Source: Planctomycetota bacterium (GTDB lineage Bacteria > Planctomycetota > B15-G4). From it: 64,000 nucleotides of DNA. Location: the NCBI GenBank assembly GCA_038212275.1, contig JBBQUR010000005.1:192001-256000 (forward strand). The letters run 5' to 3'. This document shows positions 54,990-64,000 of the stretch, piece after piece (within the stretch, counting starts at the first letter, position 1; each line of letters opens with the position of its first letter). Under the pieces are notes generated by a model. It was not told where the DNA came from, ran no database searches, and saw only the letters and a list, made by a program, of their open reading frames with translations. Position numbers and translations under genes: made by a program.

Positions 54990-56996
54990 GTGCCTGATTC
55001 AGGCGCCCATGGCCCCTCGTCGGAGAGTGGTGGGTCGGCCATGGCGCCGCCGGACGCCTCGGCGCGCAGCGCGGAGTTCCGTGCGCACGGCAGCGACACG
55101 GCGCACGGCAAGGAGCTGCTGGGCCTGGTCATCGGCGCCCTGGGCGTCGTCTATGGCGACATCGCCACCAGCCCGCTCTACGCGATGAAGCAGTGCTTCT
55201 TCGGCATGTCGAGCGTGCCGGTGACGACGCCCAACGTGCTCGGCGTGCTGTCGCTCATCGTGTGGTCGCTGGTGCTCGTGGTGTCCATCAAATACCTGGC
55301 GCTGGTCATGCGCGCGGACAATCGCGGCGAGGGCGGCATCCTCTCGCTCATGGCGCTGGCGCGGCCCGAGGCGGGTGTGGCCGGGCCGGCGGGGGCAAAG
55401 CGGCGCAAGAGCCGCGGTCGGCTGGTCTTCCTCGGGCTCTTCGGCGCGGCGCTGCTCTACGGCGACGGCATGATCACGCCGGCCATCTCCGTGCTCTCCG
55501 CGGTGGAGGGCCTGGAGGTCGTGACGCCGACCTTCCAGCCCTACGTCGTGCCGATCACGGTGGGCGTGCTGCTCGCGCTTTTCATGGTGCAGAAGCGCGG
55601 CACCGCCGGCGTGGGCGCGGTCTTCGGGCCCGTCACGTGCCTGTGGCTGCTGGCCATCTCGGCGCTCGGAGTGCGCGGCATCCTGCTGGAGCCCGGCGTG
55701 CTGGCGGCGGTGAACCCCGTGCACGCGGCGGAGTTCTTCGTGCGCAACGGCTCGGCGGGCTTCTTCGTGCTGGGCGCCGTCTTCCTCGTCGTGACGGGCG
55801 GAGAGGCGCTTTACGCGGACATGGGTCACTTCGGCAAGCGCCCGATCCAGATCGCGTGGTTCGTGCTGGTCTTCCCGGCGCTGCTGCTCAACTACTTCGG
55901 GCAGGGCGCACTCGTGCTGCGCGACGGCGAGGCGGCGCACAATCCCTTCTTCCTGCTGGCGCCGGACTGGGCGCTGTATCCGCTGGTGGTGCTGGGCACG
56001 AGCGCGGCCATCATCGCGTCGCAGGCGATGATCACGGGGGCTTACTCGCTCACGCGCCAGGCGATGCAGCTGGGCTACTGCCCGCGGCTCTCCATCGAGC
56101 AGACCTCCGAGCAGCGCATCGGCCAGGTCTACATGCCCTCCATCAACTGGATGCTGTGCGTGTGCACGCTGGGCCTCGTGCTGGGCTTCCGCACGGCCGA
56201 CAACCTCGCCGCCGCCTACGGCATCGCCGTCACGACGACGATGGTCATCACCACCATCCTCTTCTACGTGGTGGCTCGCGACCGCTGGAAGTGGCCGCTG
56301 TGGCTGGCCGGCCTCGTCGCGCTGATCTTCCTCGCGATGGACGGAGCCTTCTTCGCAGCCAACATCGTGAAGATCGCGGCCGGCGGCTGGTTCCCGCTCG
56401 CGGTGGCCGCCGTGATCTACCTGCTCATGGCGACGTGGAAACGCGGCCGGCGCATCCTCAGCGAGAAGGTGCGCACGAGCGACCTGCCGCTGGAGACCTT
56501 CCTGCGCGACATCGGCAGCTATTCGCCGGTGCGCGTGCCGGGCACTGCGGTCTTCATGACGCGCGACGCGCACGGCACGCCGCTCTCGCTGCTGCACAAC
56601 ATCAAGCACAATCACGTGCTGCACAAGCGCGTCGTGATCCTCACCATCACGGTGGAGGAGGTGCCGCACGTGCCGCGCAAGGAATGCCTGACGGTGGAGT
56701 CGCTGGGACACGGCGTCTGGCGCCTCGTCGCGCGCTACGGCTTCATGCAGGACCCGAGCGTGCCCGAGATCCTCGCGCTGGCCGGCGAGCAGAACCTGGA
56801 GTTCCAGCTCCAGCGCACCACCTTCTTCCTGAGCCGCGAGACGCTGGTGCCCAGCGACATCGATGCCCTCAACTTCTGGTCCTTCTGGCGCGAGAGGCTC
56901 TTCACCGCGATGTCGCGCAACGCCCAGAGCGCGACGGCCTTCTACCGCATCCCGCCCGACCGCGTGGTGGAGATGGGCACGCAGGTCGAGCTTTAG
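54990..56996 (+). CDS. kup: KUP/HAK/KT potassium uptake transporter (start may be 55041)
   Basis: GVVYGDI.TSPLY, ADN.GEGG, GDGMITPAISVLSAVEG, TGGEALYADMGHF, LNYFGQG. Confidence 0.97.
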   Translation: MPDSGAHGPSSESGGSAMAPPDASARSAEFRAHGSDTAHGKELLGLVIGALGVVYGDIATSPLYAMKQCFFGMSSVPVTTPNVLGVLSLIVWSLVLVVSIKYLALVMRADNRGEGGILSLMALARPEAGVAGPAGAKRRKSRGRLVFLGLFGAALLYGDGMITPAISVLSAVEGLEVVTPTFQPYVVPITVGVLLALFMVQKRGTAGVGAVFGPVTCLWLLAISALGVRGILLEPGVLAAVNPVHAAEFFVRNGSAGFFVLGAVFLVVTGGEALYADMGHFGKRPIQIAWFVLVFPALLLNYFGQGALVLRDGEAAHNPFFLLAPDWALYPLVVLGTSAAIIASQAMITGAYSLTRQAMQLGYCPRLSIEQTSEQRIGQVYMPSINWMLCVCTLGLVLGFRTADNLAAAYGIAVTTTMVITTILFYVVARDRWKWPLWLAGLVALIFLAMDGAFFAANIVKIAAGGWFPLAVAAVIYLLMATWKRGRRILSEKVRTSDLPLETFLRDIGSYSPVRVPGTAVFMTRDAHGTPLSLLHNIKHNHVLHKRVVILTITVEEVPHVPRKECLTVESLGHGVWRLVARYGFMQDPSVPEILALAGEQNLEFQLQRTTFFLSRETLVPSDIDALNFWSFWRERLFTAMSRNAQSATAFYRIPPDRVVEMGTQVEL

Positions 56997-57118
56997 CGGC
57001 CTGAGTCGCGTGTCCGGTGAGCGCCAGGCTCGAAATCCGGTCATGAGCCGAAACAACGGCGCACCGCTGCGGCGTGGCCGGTGTTGGGAGGCACATCCCC
57101 TCAGCAGGAGTGCGACTC

Positions 57119-57394
57119 ATGAACGGCAACGGCTCGGACTTTCTCTGGTTCATCCTCGTCGGTCTCATCGCCGGCTGGCTGGCCGGCGTGCTGGTCAAGG
57201 GCGGTGGCTTCGGTGTCATCGGCGACATCGTCGTCGGCATTCTCGGCGCGCTGCTCGGTGGCTACGTCTTTGGCGCCATGGGCATCTCGTCCGGCGGCGG
57301 CCTGCTCGGCGCGATCATCGTGGCGACGATCGGCGCGATCCTGCTGATCGTCATCCTGCGTCTCGTGCGCGGCGGCTCACGCACCAGCACCTGA
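57119..57394 (+). CDS. GlsB/YeaQ/YmgE (transglycosylase-associated) stress membrane protein
   Basis: AGGAG RBS; GLIAGWLA, DIVVGILGA..GG, IVATIGAILL. Confidence 0.92.
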   Translation: MNGNGSDFLWFILVGLIAGWLAGVLVKGGGFGVIGDIVVGILGALLGGYVFGAMGISSGGGLLGAIIVATIGAILLIVILRLVRGGSRTST

Positions 57395-57417
57395 CCTCGG
57401 CCTCGGACCTCGAAACA

Positions 57418-57463
57418 CGCGCCCGGCATCCGCACGACAGGTGCGATGCCGGGCGCGCTTTCG
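57418..57463. terminator. Probable intrinsic, possibly bidirectional, terminator between convergent genes
   Basis: 13-bp stem CGCGCCCGGCATC / GATGCCGGGCGCG followed by CTTTCGTT, preceded by GAAAC. Confidence 0.65.
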
Positions 57464-57475
57464 TTCTGCACGGCC

Positions 57476-58162
57476 TCAGCGCGCCGCCGCACCCCGGTCG
57501 ATGACCATGATCTCATCGAGCGGCTTGCGCGAGAGCGCGGCCTGCGGCACCACGCAGTCGTCGGCGGGATAGCCGACGGGAACGAGCACGAAGGCGCGCT
57601 CGTGTTCGGGGCGGCCGAGGACCTGGGCGAGGAAATTCATCGGCGACGGCGTGTGCGTCACGGTGGCGAGGCCCGCGTGGTGCGCCGCGGCGAGCAGCAG
57701 GCCCGTCGCGATGCCGACGGACTCGGCGGGGTAGTAGACCGCGCCGCCGTCGTCGCCCTTCATGAGCTTGAACACGACGATGAGCCAGGGCGCGATCTCG
57801 AGGAAGTCCTTGTTCGGATCCGTGCCCAGCGGCGAGAGGTCGGCGAGCCAGCGCTCGCCGGCGCGGCTGGCGTAGAACTCGCGCTCCTCGGCCTCGGCGG
57901 CCTGACGGATGGCGGCCTTCAGCGCCGGGTCGCGCACGCACACGAAGCGCCACGGCTGCTTGTTCGCGCCGCTCGGCGCGGAGCCCGCCGTGCGCACGAT
58001 CCACTCGATCGTGGCCTGGCTCACGGGCCGGTCGCTGAACATGCGCACCGTGCGGCGCAGCCGCATGACCTCGAAGAAGGCACGCGCCGCAGTCTCCGGA
58101 GACTGCGCCGGGCTGTAGCGGTCCGCATAAGGGACGAAGACGGGCTGCGGTGCACTGGTCAT
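57476..58162 (-). CDS. Nitroreductase-superfamily flavoprotein, iodotyrosine deiodinase-like
   Basis: RRTVR.FS, APSGANKQPW, EEREFY..W..DL..LGT..K.FLE.AP lid, THTPSPM. Confidence 0.88.
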   Translation of the reverse strand: MTSAPQPVFVPYADRYSPAQSPETAARAFFEVMRLRRTVRMFSDRPVSQATIEWIVRTAGSAPSGANKQPWRFVCVRDPALKAAIRQAAEAEEREFYASRAGERWLADLSPLGTDPNKDFLEIAPWLIVVFKLMKGDDGGAVYYPAESVGIATGLLLAAAHHAGLATVTHTPSPMNFLAQVLGRPEHERAFVLVPVGYPADDCVVPQAALSRKPLDEIMVIDRGAAAR

Positions 58163-58308
58163 CGGAGGCAGAGCGTAGCGCAAGCGAGCGCGGGATCCGC
58201 GCCGCCTCGCGCCGTGGCTGACCGCCTCGCGCCGATGCTGGCCGACGCGGGCCGACGCCGCTTGCCAAGCGCCGCTTGGCCGGCGCACGCTCGTGCCTGA
58301 TCTGGTGC

Positions 58309-58364
58309 CCATGCACCATGCACCATGCACCGTGTGCCGTGCACCGTGCACCGTGCACCGTGCA
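58309..58364. repeat. 7-bp tandem repeat x8 (CCRTGCA)
   Basis: CCATGCA x3, CCGTGTG, CCGTGCA x4. Confidence 0.88.
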
Positions 58365-58377
58365 CCTGAGCGCACTC

Positions 58378-58410
58378 GTGTGATGTTGAGGCACTGCCTC
58401 AACATCACAC
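58378..58410. repeat. Perfect 33-bp palindrome (16-bp arms, 1-nt centre)
   Basis: GTGTGATGTTGAGGCA C TGCCTCAACATCACAC. Confidence 0.95.
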
Positions 58411-58574
58411 AGGTGGCGAGATCGACCACGCACGGTCTCCGAAATCGGCCGTCTCCGAGGCCGACGACGGCGAAGCGCCGCGGGAGCCTGCGTTTCGTCG
58501 GGGCGCGGTCAGTCGCTATTCTGCTTTCGCGGAGAGCACCTCGGATCCCGTGGCGCCGGCGGAGCCTGACATCG

Positions 58575-59993
58575 ATGGACGAGACCGCCCTGCTCTGGTC
58601 GCGCGCGCAGTTCGCGCTGACCAACATGTTTCACTACATCTATCCGCCGCTGTCCATCGGCATCTCCTTGTTCCTGGTCGTGGTCACGACGCTGTACATG
58701 CTCACGCGACAGCCGGTCTGGCTGCAAGTCGCGCGCTTCTGGATCAAGGTCTTCGCGCTCACCTTCACCATCGGTGTCGCCACGGGCATCCCGATGGAGT
58801 TCCAGTTCGGCACCAACTGGGCGGACTACAGCCGCTTCGTGGGCGACGTCTTCGGCAGCGCGCTCGCGGCCGAGGGCGTCTTCGCCTTCTTTCTGGAGTC
58901 CGGCTTCCTCGCGCTGCTGCTCTTCGGGGCTGGACGCATCCCGGTCTGGCTGCACTACCTCAGCACGATCCTCGTCGCGGCGGGCGCGCACTTCTCCGCG
59001 ATGTGGATCGTCGTCGCCAACTCGTGGATGCAGACGCCCGCGGGCTTTCACGTGGTGGACGGCCCCAACGGCGCGCGCGCCGAGGTCACGGACTTCTGGG
59101 CCATGGTCTGGAACCCGTCCTCGGGGATGCGCCTCACGCACGTGCTCATGGGGGCGTGGCTGGCCGGCGCCTTCTTCGTCATGTCGGTGAGCGCCTTCTA
59201 CCTGCTGCGTCGGCGGCACGAGGAGTTCGCGCGCGCGTCGGTGAAGGTGGCCCTGCCCATCGCGACGATCATCGCGCTGGGTCAGCTGCTCTACTCGGGC
59301 CACGAGAGCGCGCGCATCGTGGCGCAGCACCAGCCCGTGAAGTTCGCCGCGATGGAGGGCCACTGGGAGGACGGCACGCCGGGTGACCTGACCGTCGTCG
59401 GCTGGATCGACGAGGCGGGCGGAACGACGCACGGCCTGCAACTGCCCGGGATGACGAGCTGGCTGCTGAGCGGCGACACGCGTGCGCCGGTGCCGGGCCT
59501 CTCGCGCGCCGTGCCCGCCGACCGGCCACCGCTGCAGATCACCTTCCAGGCCTATCACGCGATGATCGGCATCGGCATGTCGCTCATCGCGCTGTCGCTG
59601 CTGGGCTGCGTGCTCTGGATGCGCGGTGCGCTGTGGCGCACGCGGCCGGTGCTGTGGTGCTTCGTCTTTGCGGTCTTCCTGCCCATGGCCGCCAACGAGC
59701 TGGGCTGGATCGCCGCGGAAGTCGGCCGCCAGCCGTGGATCGTGCAGGGTCTCATGCGCACCGCGCAGGGCGTCTCTCCGCAGCTGAGCGGCGGCCAGGT
59801 CATCGGTTCCACCACGCTCTTCCTCGTGGTCTACCTGCTGCTGTTCGCCGTCTTCGTCTTCGTGCTGGACCGCAAGATCCGCCACGGGCCCGATGAGCCG
59901 GATGTCTCGGGGCCGATCGTGCCGCTGCCGGGCAGGCTTGCCGACGCGGTGGCGGGCGCGCTCCGGCACGATGACGGGCGGGCCGACGCATGA
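58575..59993 (+). CDS. cydA: Cytochrome bd quinol oxidase subunit I
   Basis: R.QF....FHY..P, GIPMEFQFG.NW, AFFLESGF, NSWMQTP, QP.KFAAMEG, AEVGRQPW; GGAG RBS. Confidence 0.97.
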   Translation: MDETALLWSRAQFALTNMFHYIYPPLSIGISLFLVVVTTLYMLTRQPVWLQVARFWIKVFALTFTIGVATGIPMEFQFGTNWADYSRFVGDVFGSALAAEGVFAFFLESGFLALLLFGAGRIPVWLHYLSTILVAAGAHFSAMWIVVANSWMQTPAGFHVVDGPNGARAEVTDFWAMVWNPSSGMRLTHVLMGAWLAGAFFVMSVSAFYLLRRRHEEFARASVKVALPIATIIALGQLLYSGHESARIVAQHQPVKFAAMEGHWEDGTPGDLTVVGWIDEAGGTTHGLQLPGMTSWLLSGDTRAPVPGLSRAVPADRPPLQITFQAYHAMIGIGMSLIALSLLGCVLWMRGALWRTRPVLWCFVFAVFLPMAANELGWIAAEVGRQPWIVQGLMRTAQGVSPQLSGGQVIGSTTLFLVVYLLLFAVFVFVLDRKIRHGPDEPDVSGPIVPLPGRLADAVAGALRHDDGRADA

Positions 59994-61006
59994 GCCTGAA
60001 CGACATCTGGTTCGTGCTCGTCGGCGTGCTGCTCGCCGGCTACGCGGTGCTGGACGGCTTCGACCTCGGCGTCGGCATGCTGCATCTCGTCGCGCGCGGC
60101 GACGAGGAACGCCGCCTCTCGCTCAACTCCATCGGCCCGGTGTGGGACGGCAACGAGGTCTGGCTCGTGGTGGGCGGCGGCGCGCTCTTCGCGGCATTCC
60201 CCGAGGCCTACGCCACGGTGTTCTCCGGCTTCTACACGGCGTTCATGCTGCTGCTCATGACGCTCATCTTCCGCGGCGTCGCCATCGAGTTCCGCAGCAA
60301 GCGGCCCTCGCCGACCTGGCGCTCTTTCTGGGATACCGCCTTCGCGGCGGGCAGCTTCGGCGCGGCGCTGCTCATCGGCGTGGCCTTCGGCAATCTCGCC
60401 GCCGGCGTGCCGCTGGACGAACACCGCAACATCACGCTGAGTTTCACCGGATTGCTGGCGCCCTACCCCCTGCTCGTCGGCCTCTCGGTCGTGACGTTGC
60501 TCGCGCTGCACGGCGCCATCTATCTCGTCGTGAAGACCGAGGGCGCACTGCAGGCGCGCATGCAGGCCGCGACGGACCGGCTGATGATCGCCTTCATCCT
60601 GCTCTACGTCGCCACGACGCTGGTGACGCTGCTGCACCACGAGCACCTGGCGGCACCCTTCCGCGAGCATCCCGCGCTGGGGCTGCTCCCTCTGGCGGCG
60701 CTGCTCGCCGTGGCGAACATCCCGCGCGAGATTCATCACGGACGTCCGCTGCGCGCCTTCCTCTCGTCGGGGGCGACCATCGTGCTGCTCATGGCGCTGG
60801 TGGCGATCGGCCTGTACCCGAACCTGGTGCTGTCCGATCCGCACCCTGAGCTCAGCCTCGACATTCACAACGCGGCGTCGTCTCCCGCGACGCTGCGCGT
60901 GATGCTCATCATCGCGGCCATCGGCATGCCGCTCGTGCTCGGCTACACCGCGGTCGTCTACTGGATCTTCCGCGGCAAGACGCGCCTCGGGCCGCACAGT
61001 TACTGA
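59990..61006 (+). CDS. cydB: Cytochrome bd quinol oxidase subunit II
   Basis: LDGFDLGVG, IGPVWDGNEVWL, FRGVAIEFR, NAASS, Y..FRGK; ATGA overlap. Confidence 0.97.
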   Translation: MSLNDIWFVLVGVLLAGYAVLDGFDLGVGMLHLVARGDEERRLSLNSIGPVWDGNEVWLVVGGGALFAAFPEAYATVFSGFYTAFMLLLMTLIFRGVAIEFRSKRPSPTWRSFWDTAFAAGSFGAALLIGVAFGNLAAGVPLDEHRNITLSFTGLLAPYPLLVGLSVVTLLALHGAIYLVVKTEGALQARMQAATDRLMIAFILLYVATTLVTLLHHEHLAAPFREHPALGLLPLAALLAVANIPREIHHGRPLRAFLSSGATIVLLMALVAIGLYPNLVLSDPHPELSLDIHNAASSPATLRVMLIIAAIGMPLVLGYTAVVYWIFRGKTRLGPHSY

Positions 61007-61083
61007 GGGTGCACGGATCAGGAGGGCGCGCGGCGTCCGTGCTGGTTGCCGCTCTGCAGCAACTGTGGCAGAGTCGGTGAATC

Positions 61084-62055
61084 GTGAGCGATGCGGCGCC
61101 GCAACACCTGAGGTCACTCATCGCCGCCCAGCCCTCGCCGCTGGTGAGCCTCACGGCCATCACGGCCCTGCCGAGCCGCCGGCCGCCGCGCACCTTCCGG
61201 CTGGCCTTCGCGGATGGCAGCCTGCTCAAGGGCCGGCAGCTGGACAGCGAGGCCCAAGCCGCCCGGATGCAGCGACTGACGGCGCTCGCGGGCGGCGACT
61301 TCAGCCAGGTGCTCGCGCGCACGCACGACGCCGTGCTCGAGGAGTGGGTGCCCGGTCGCGCGCTGTCCTCGACGGAGGACACGCAGGTCGCGCTGATCGC
61401 GCGCTGCGGCGCGATGCTCGGGCGCCTGCACGCGCTGGCCGCTCCGGCGGACCCTGCGGACCCTGCGGGCGCGACGACTGCGCCAAACACGGCAGACGCG
61501 GCAGACGCGCCGCCCGACGGTGTGTCGTGGGCGATGGCGAAAATCCGGGATGACCTGCACGAGGCGCAGTCGCTGGGCGTGCTCGCACGCAACACGGCAC
61601 GCGACGTTCGACGTCTTGCGGAGAGCTTCCGTCCCGCGACGGCTTCGGTCGGCATCGTGCACGTGGACTTCTGCGGCGAAAACCTCGTGCAGGCCGACGA
61701 GGGACGCCTCGTGTGCGTCGACAACGCGACGCTGCGCCTCGGGCCACACGACTATGACCTGGCGCGCAGCTGCACACGCTGGCCGCTGAACGCGAGGGGC
61801 CGCCAGGCCTTCCTCGCAGGCTACGGCGCGCACCGCAGCGCGGCCGACTTCCTGCGCGCCGCGCCGTTCTGGCTGCTTCAGGCGCTGCTGGTGTCGATCG
61901 CGTATCGCGCCCGGCTCGGTTCGGCCGGCGTGAGCGAGCCTCTCGCGCTGCTGGCGCGGCTGCTCGCCCACGAGACTCCCCAGGACATCGTGCACAGCGG
62001 CTTCGGGCCGCCGGAGCCGCCGGCGGTGGGCGCAGGCCGCGCGCTCATGCGCTGA
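61084..62055 (+). CDS. Aminoglycoside-phosphotransferase-like kinase
   Basis: EEWVPG, LGRLH, Brenner motif HVDFCGEN, CVD, YDLAR. Confidence 0.72.
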   Translation: MSDAAPQHLRSLIAAQPSPLVSLTAITALPSRRPPRTFRLAFADGSLLKGRQLDSEAQAARMQRLTALAGGDFSQVLARTHDAVLEEWVPGRALSSTEDTQVALIARCGAMLGRLHALAAPADPADPAGATTAPNTADAADAPPDGVSWAMAKIRDDLHEAQSLGVLARNTARDVRRLAESFRPATASVGIVHVDFCGENLVQADEGRLVCVDNATLRLGPHDYDLARSCTRWPLNARGRQAFLAGYGAHRSAADFLRAAPFWLLQALLVSIAYRARLGSAGVSEPLALLARLLAHETPQDIVHSGFGPPEPPAVGAGRALMR

Positions 62056-62090
62056 GCCGCGCCGGCGCCGCGCGGCCTTCCGCGGAGTCG

Positions 62091-62170
62091 GCCACGCATT
62101 GGCGCCCACGCATTGGCGCCCACGCACTGTCGGCCAGGCATTGGCGGGCACGCGTTGGCGGCCACGCGAC
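62091..62170. repeat. 14-bp degenerate tandem repeat (about 5.7 units) between convergent genes
   Basis: (G/C)CCACGCATTGGCG and variants. Confidence 0.85.
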
Positions 62171-62172
62171 CG

Positions 62173-63249
62173 TCAGTCGACGGGCCACTGGAAACTCTGC
62201 GAGGGCGAGAGTCGCGACAGCGTGCGCGGGAGGTCGAGCGTGAGCCGTCGCGCCCAGTCTCCGAACGCGTCGTAGGGATAGGCGCGCTGGAACCAGACCG
62301 GATTCTCCGGGTTGTCGCGCGGGCGCTGGACGATGGCGAGCGCTTCGGCGGTATCGCGAATCTGCACCATGGCCAGCCGCCTTTCCAGCGCGCGGCGCAG
62401 GCCTGGAAACTCCGCGCCGACGCGCCACACCGAGACGAACACCGCCAGCACGTTGACGCACGGCTTGTCCAGCGATTCCGCGTGGCGTCGCGCGAGGAAT
62501 CCCTCCCAATCCAGCGCGTCACCCTGCGCGCGCAGGATCAGGTAGAGATCGAGGAAGCAGCGCACGGGGCAGGCGCCGCGGCGCAGGTCGCCGCACATCG
62601 CGAGCAGCAGGAACATGAGCGCATGCTCGTCGCCGAGCGTCTCGAAAGTCTGCCCGGCGAGGGGAAAGCGCAGGCGCGCGTTCCAGAGCTGCTCTTCGTC
62701 CACGCGACGGCGCGCGCGGCGGCGCAGATTCCAGTGCACGTCCACCTCGGACTCGCCGCGGTGCATGCTGCGGCGCACGGCACCCTCGCCGATGCGGCCG
62801 GCGTCCTTCGCGTAGCCGAGTTGCTCGAAGATCGCCAGGGCTCGCGGCAGGTCGCGCGAGCGCACGAGCACGTCCACGTCCTGCTGGTGGCGACGGTGGA
62901 TGCCGCCGTGGAAACGCTGCCCGAAGCAAAGCCCTTTGAGAAACAGGCAGTCCACCGCCTCGCGTTCGAAGGTGGCGCGGAGCTCGAGGCAGTCGGAGAG
63001 CAGTCGCTCGGTGCGTTGGCGGCGCGCCGGAGCGCTCTCGGCGGCCTGCTGCAGGAAGCTCGCGGAGAGCATCCGTCGCACGCGCGCGTCGTCGAGCGCC
63101 GGCTCCAACCAATGGATGAGCTTGTTCCGCGTGAGGAAGGCCGCGTGTGCGTCCGCGTCGAAAGCCGGAGCGCGCTGCAGCGCGTCGGCGTAGGCGTCGA
63201 TGCCGTGCGCGAGCGCCTTGATCGTCGCGATGCTGGCCTGGTAGTCCAT
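62173..63249 (-). CDS. Nucleotidyltransferase family protein (NTP_transf_5-like)
   Basis: LFLKG, R...DVDVLV, VDVHW, FLDL...LDW. Confidence 0.8.
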   Translation of the reverse strand: MDYQASIATIKALAHGIDAYADALQRAPAFDADAHAAFLTRNKLIHWLEPALDDARVRRMLSASFLQQAAESAPARRQRTERLLSDCLELRATFEREAVDCLFLKGLCFGQRFHGGIHRRHQQDVDVLVRSRDLPRALAIFEQLGYAKDAGRIGEGAVRRSMHRGESEVDVHWNLRRRARRRVDEEQLWNARLRFPLAGQTFETLGDEHALMFLLLAMCGDLRRGACPVRCFLDLYLILRAQGDALDWEGFLARRHAESLDKPCVNVLAVFVSVWRVGAEFPGLRRALERRLAMVQIRDTAEALAIVQRPRDNPENPVWFQRAYPYDAFGDWARRLTLDLPRTLSRLSPSQSFQWPVD

Positions 63250-63262
63250 GGGGAGCGTGCCC

Positions 63263-64000
63263 TCAGACGAAGTGGCGCACGCCCGCCCACTGGCGGCGCA
63301 GCTCAGCGCGGAAATCCGGGTGTGCGATCGAGATGAGGTCCGCCCCGCGTTCGCGCAGCGTGCGACCGGCCAGGTTCACGGCGCCGAACTCCGTGACGAC
63401 CCAGTGCACGTGGCCGCGCGTCGTCACGACGCCCGCGCCCTGCTGCAGCTCCATCACGATGCGCGAGACCGTGCCGTCGCGCGCCGTGGAGGGCAGCGCG
63501 ATGATCGGCTTGCCCTGGCGCGAGAGCGCCGCGCCGTGGATGAAGTCCATCTGCCCGCCGATGCCCGAGTAGATGCGATGGCCGATGGAGTCCGCGCACA
63601 CCTGGCCCGTGAGGTCGAGCTGCAGCGCGGAGTTGATCGCGACGACGCGGTCGTTGCGCCGGATGATCGACGTGTCGTTCGTGCGGTCGCACGCGTGGAA
63701 CTCGACCAGCGCATTGTCGTCCACGTGGTCGTACAGGCGCTGCGAGCCGATGACGAAGCTGGTGACGCTCCGGCCGGGAAGCACCTCCTTGAATCGGTTG
63801 GTGACGACGCCTGCCTCGATGAGGTCCACGACGCGATCGCTGAACATCTCGGTGTGGATGCCGAGGTCGCGCTTGCCGAGCAGCCGGCTCGCGACCGCAT
63901 TCGGGATGGCGCCGATGCCGAGCTGCAGCACGGAGCGATCCTCGACGAGATCGGCGACGAGCTCCCCGATGCGTCCCTCCGCATCCGACTCCGGCTCCGC
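63263..64000 (-). CDS. Acetyl-CoA hydrolase/4-hydroxybutyrate CoA-transferase family, 5' part outside window
   Basis: LQLGIGAIP, LGIHTEM, DLTGQV.ADS, SGIGGQ.DF, VVTEFG, IAHPDFR. Confidence 0.95.
   Translation of the reverse strand, partial: AEPESDAEGRIGELVADLVEDRSVLQLGIGAIPNAVASRLLGKRDLGIHTEMFSDRVVDLIEAGVVTNRFKEVLPGRSVTSFVIGSQRLYDHVDDNALVEFHACDRTNDTSIIRRNDRVVAINSALQLDLTGQVCADSIGHRIYSGIGGQMDFIHGAALSRQGKPIIALPSTARDGTVSRIVMELQQGAGVVTTRGHVHWVVTEFGAVNLAGRTLRERGADLISIAHPDFRAELRRQWAGVRHFV

Noticed and set aside
54809..54990. c-di-AMP (ydaO) riboswitch upstream of kup
   Set aside because: Only a GC hairpin seen; conserved ydaO sequence blocks not recognised
61084..62055. Antibiotic-resistance APH gene
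   Set aside because: Only generic kinase motifs; no specific similarity to known resistance enzymes and no mobile context

Overview
A very GC-rich (roughly 70%+ by eye), gene-dense bacterial chromosomal segment. FG-GAP, carboxypeptidase-regulatory-like and DUF1579 exported proteins plus an ABC-permease/CPBP fusion suggest a Planctomycetota-like host (inference). About 46 plausible CDSs. They include hppA-rsfS-cysQ-yyaL, an OPT transporter, a class II photolyase/SRPBCC/YbjT group, and an AAA+/VWA pair split by an FG-GAP gene and a decayed type I restriction (hsdR) relic. Further along are an orphan adenine MTase-rmuC-SRPBCC run, a secreted beta-propeller/di-heme protein behind an ABC-CPBP exporter, mscS, and an 8-gene atypical cbb3 oxidase operon with no canonical ccoP. 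The last third holds bcp, two paralogous thioredoxins, gpmA, kup, an iodotyrosine-deiodinase-like nitroreductase, cydAB, a kinase, a nucleotidyltransferase and a partial CoA-transferase. Non-coding signals: a 33-bp palindrome present twice, a two-part upstream motif present twice, several apparently leaderless TANNNT promoters, a hairpin-rich 0.5-kb gap, and about a dozen unrelated short tandem-repeat expansions at gene boundaries. No rRNA, tRNA, CRISPR array or intact transposase was recognised. All family calls come from motif recognition by eye; no searches were run.
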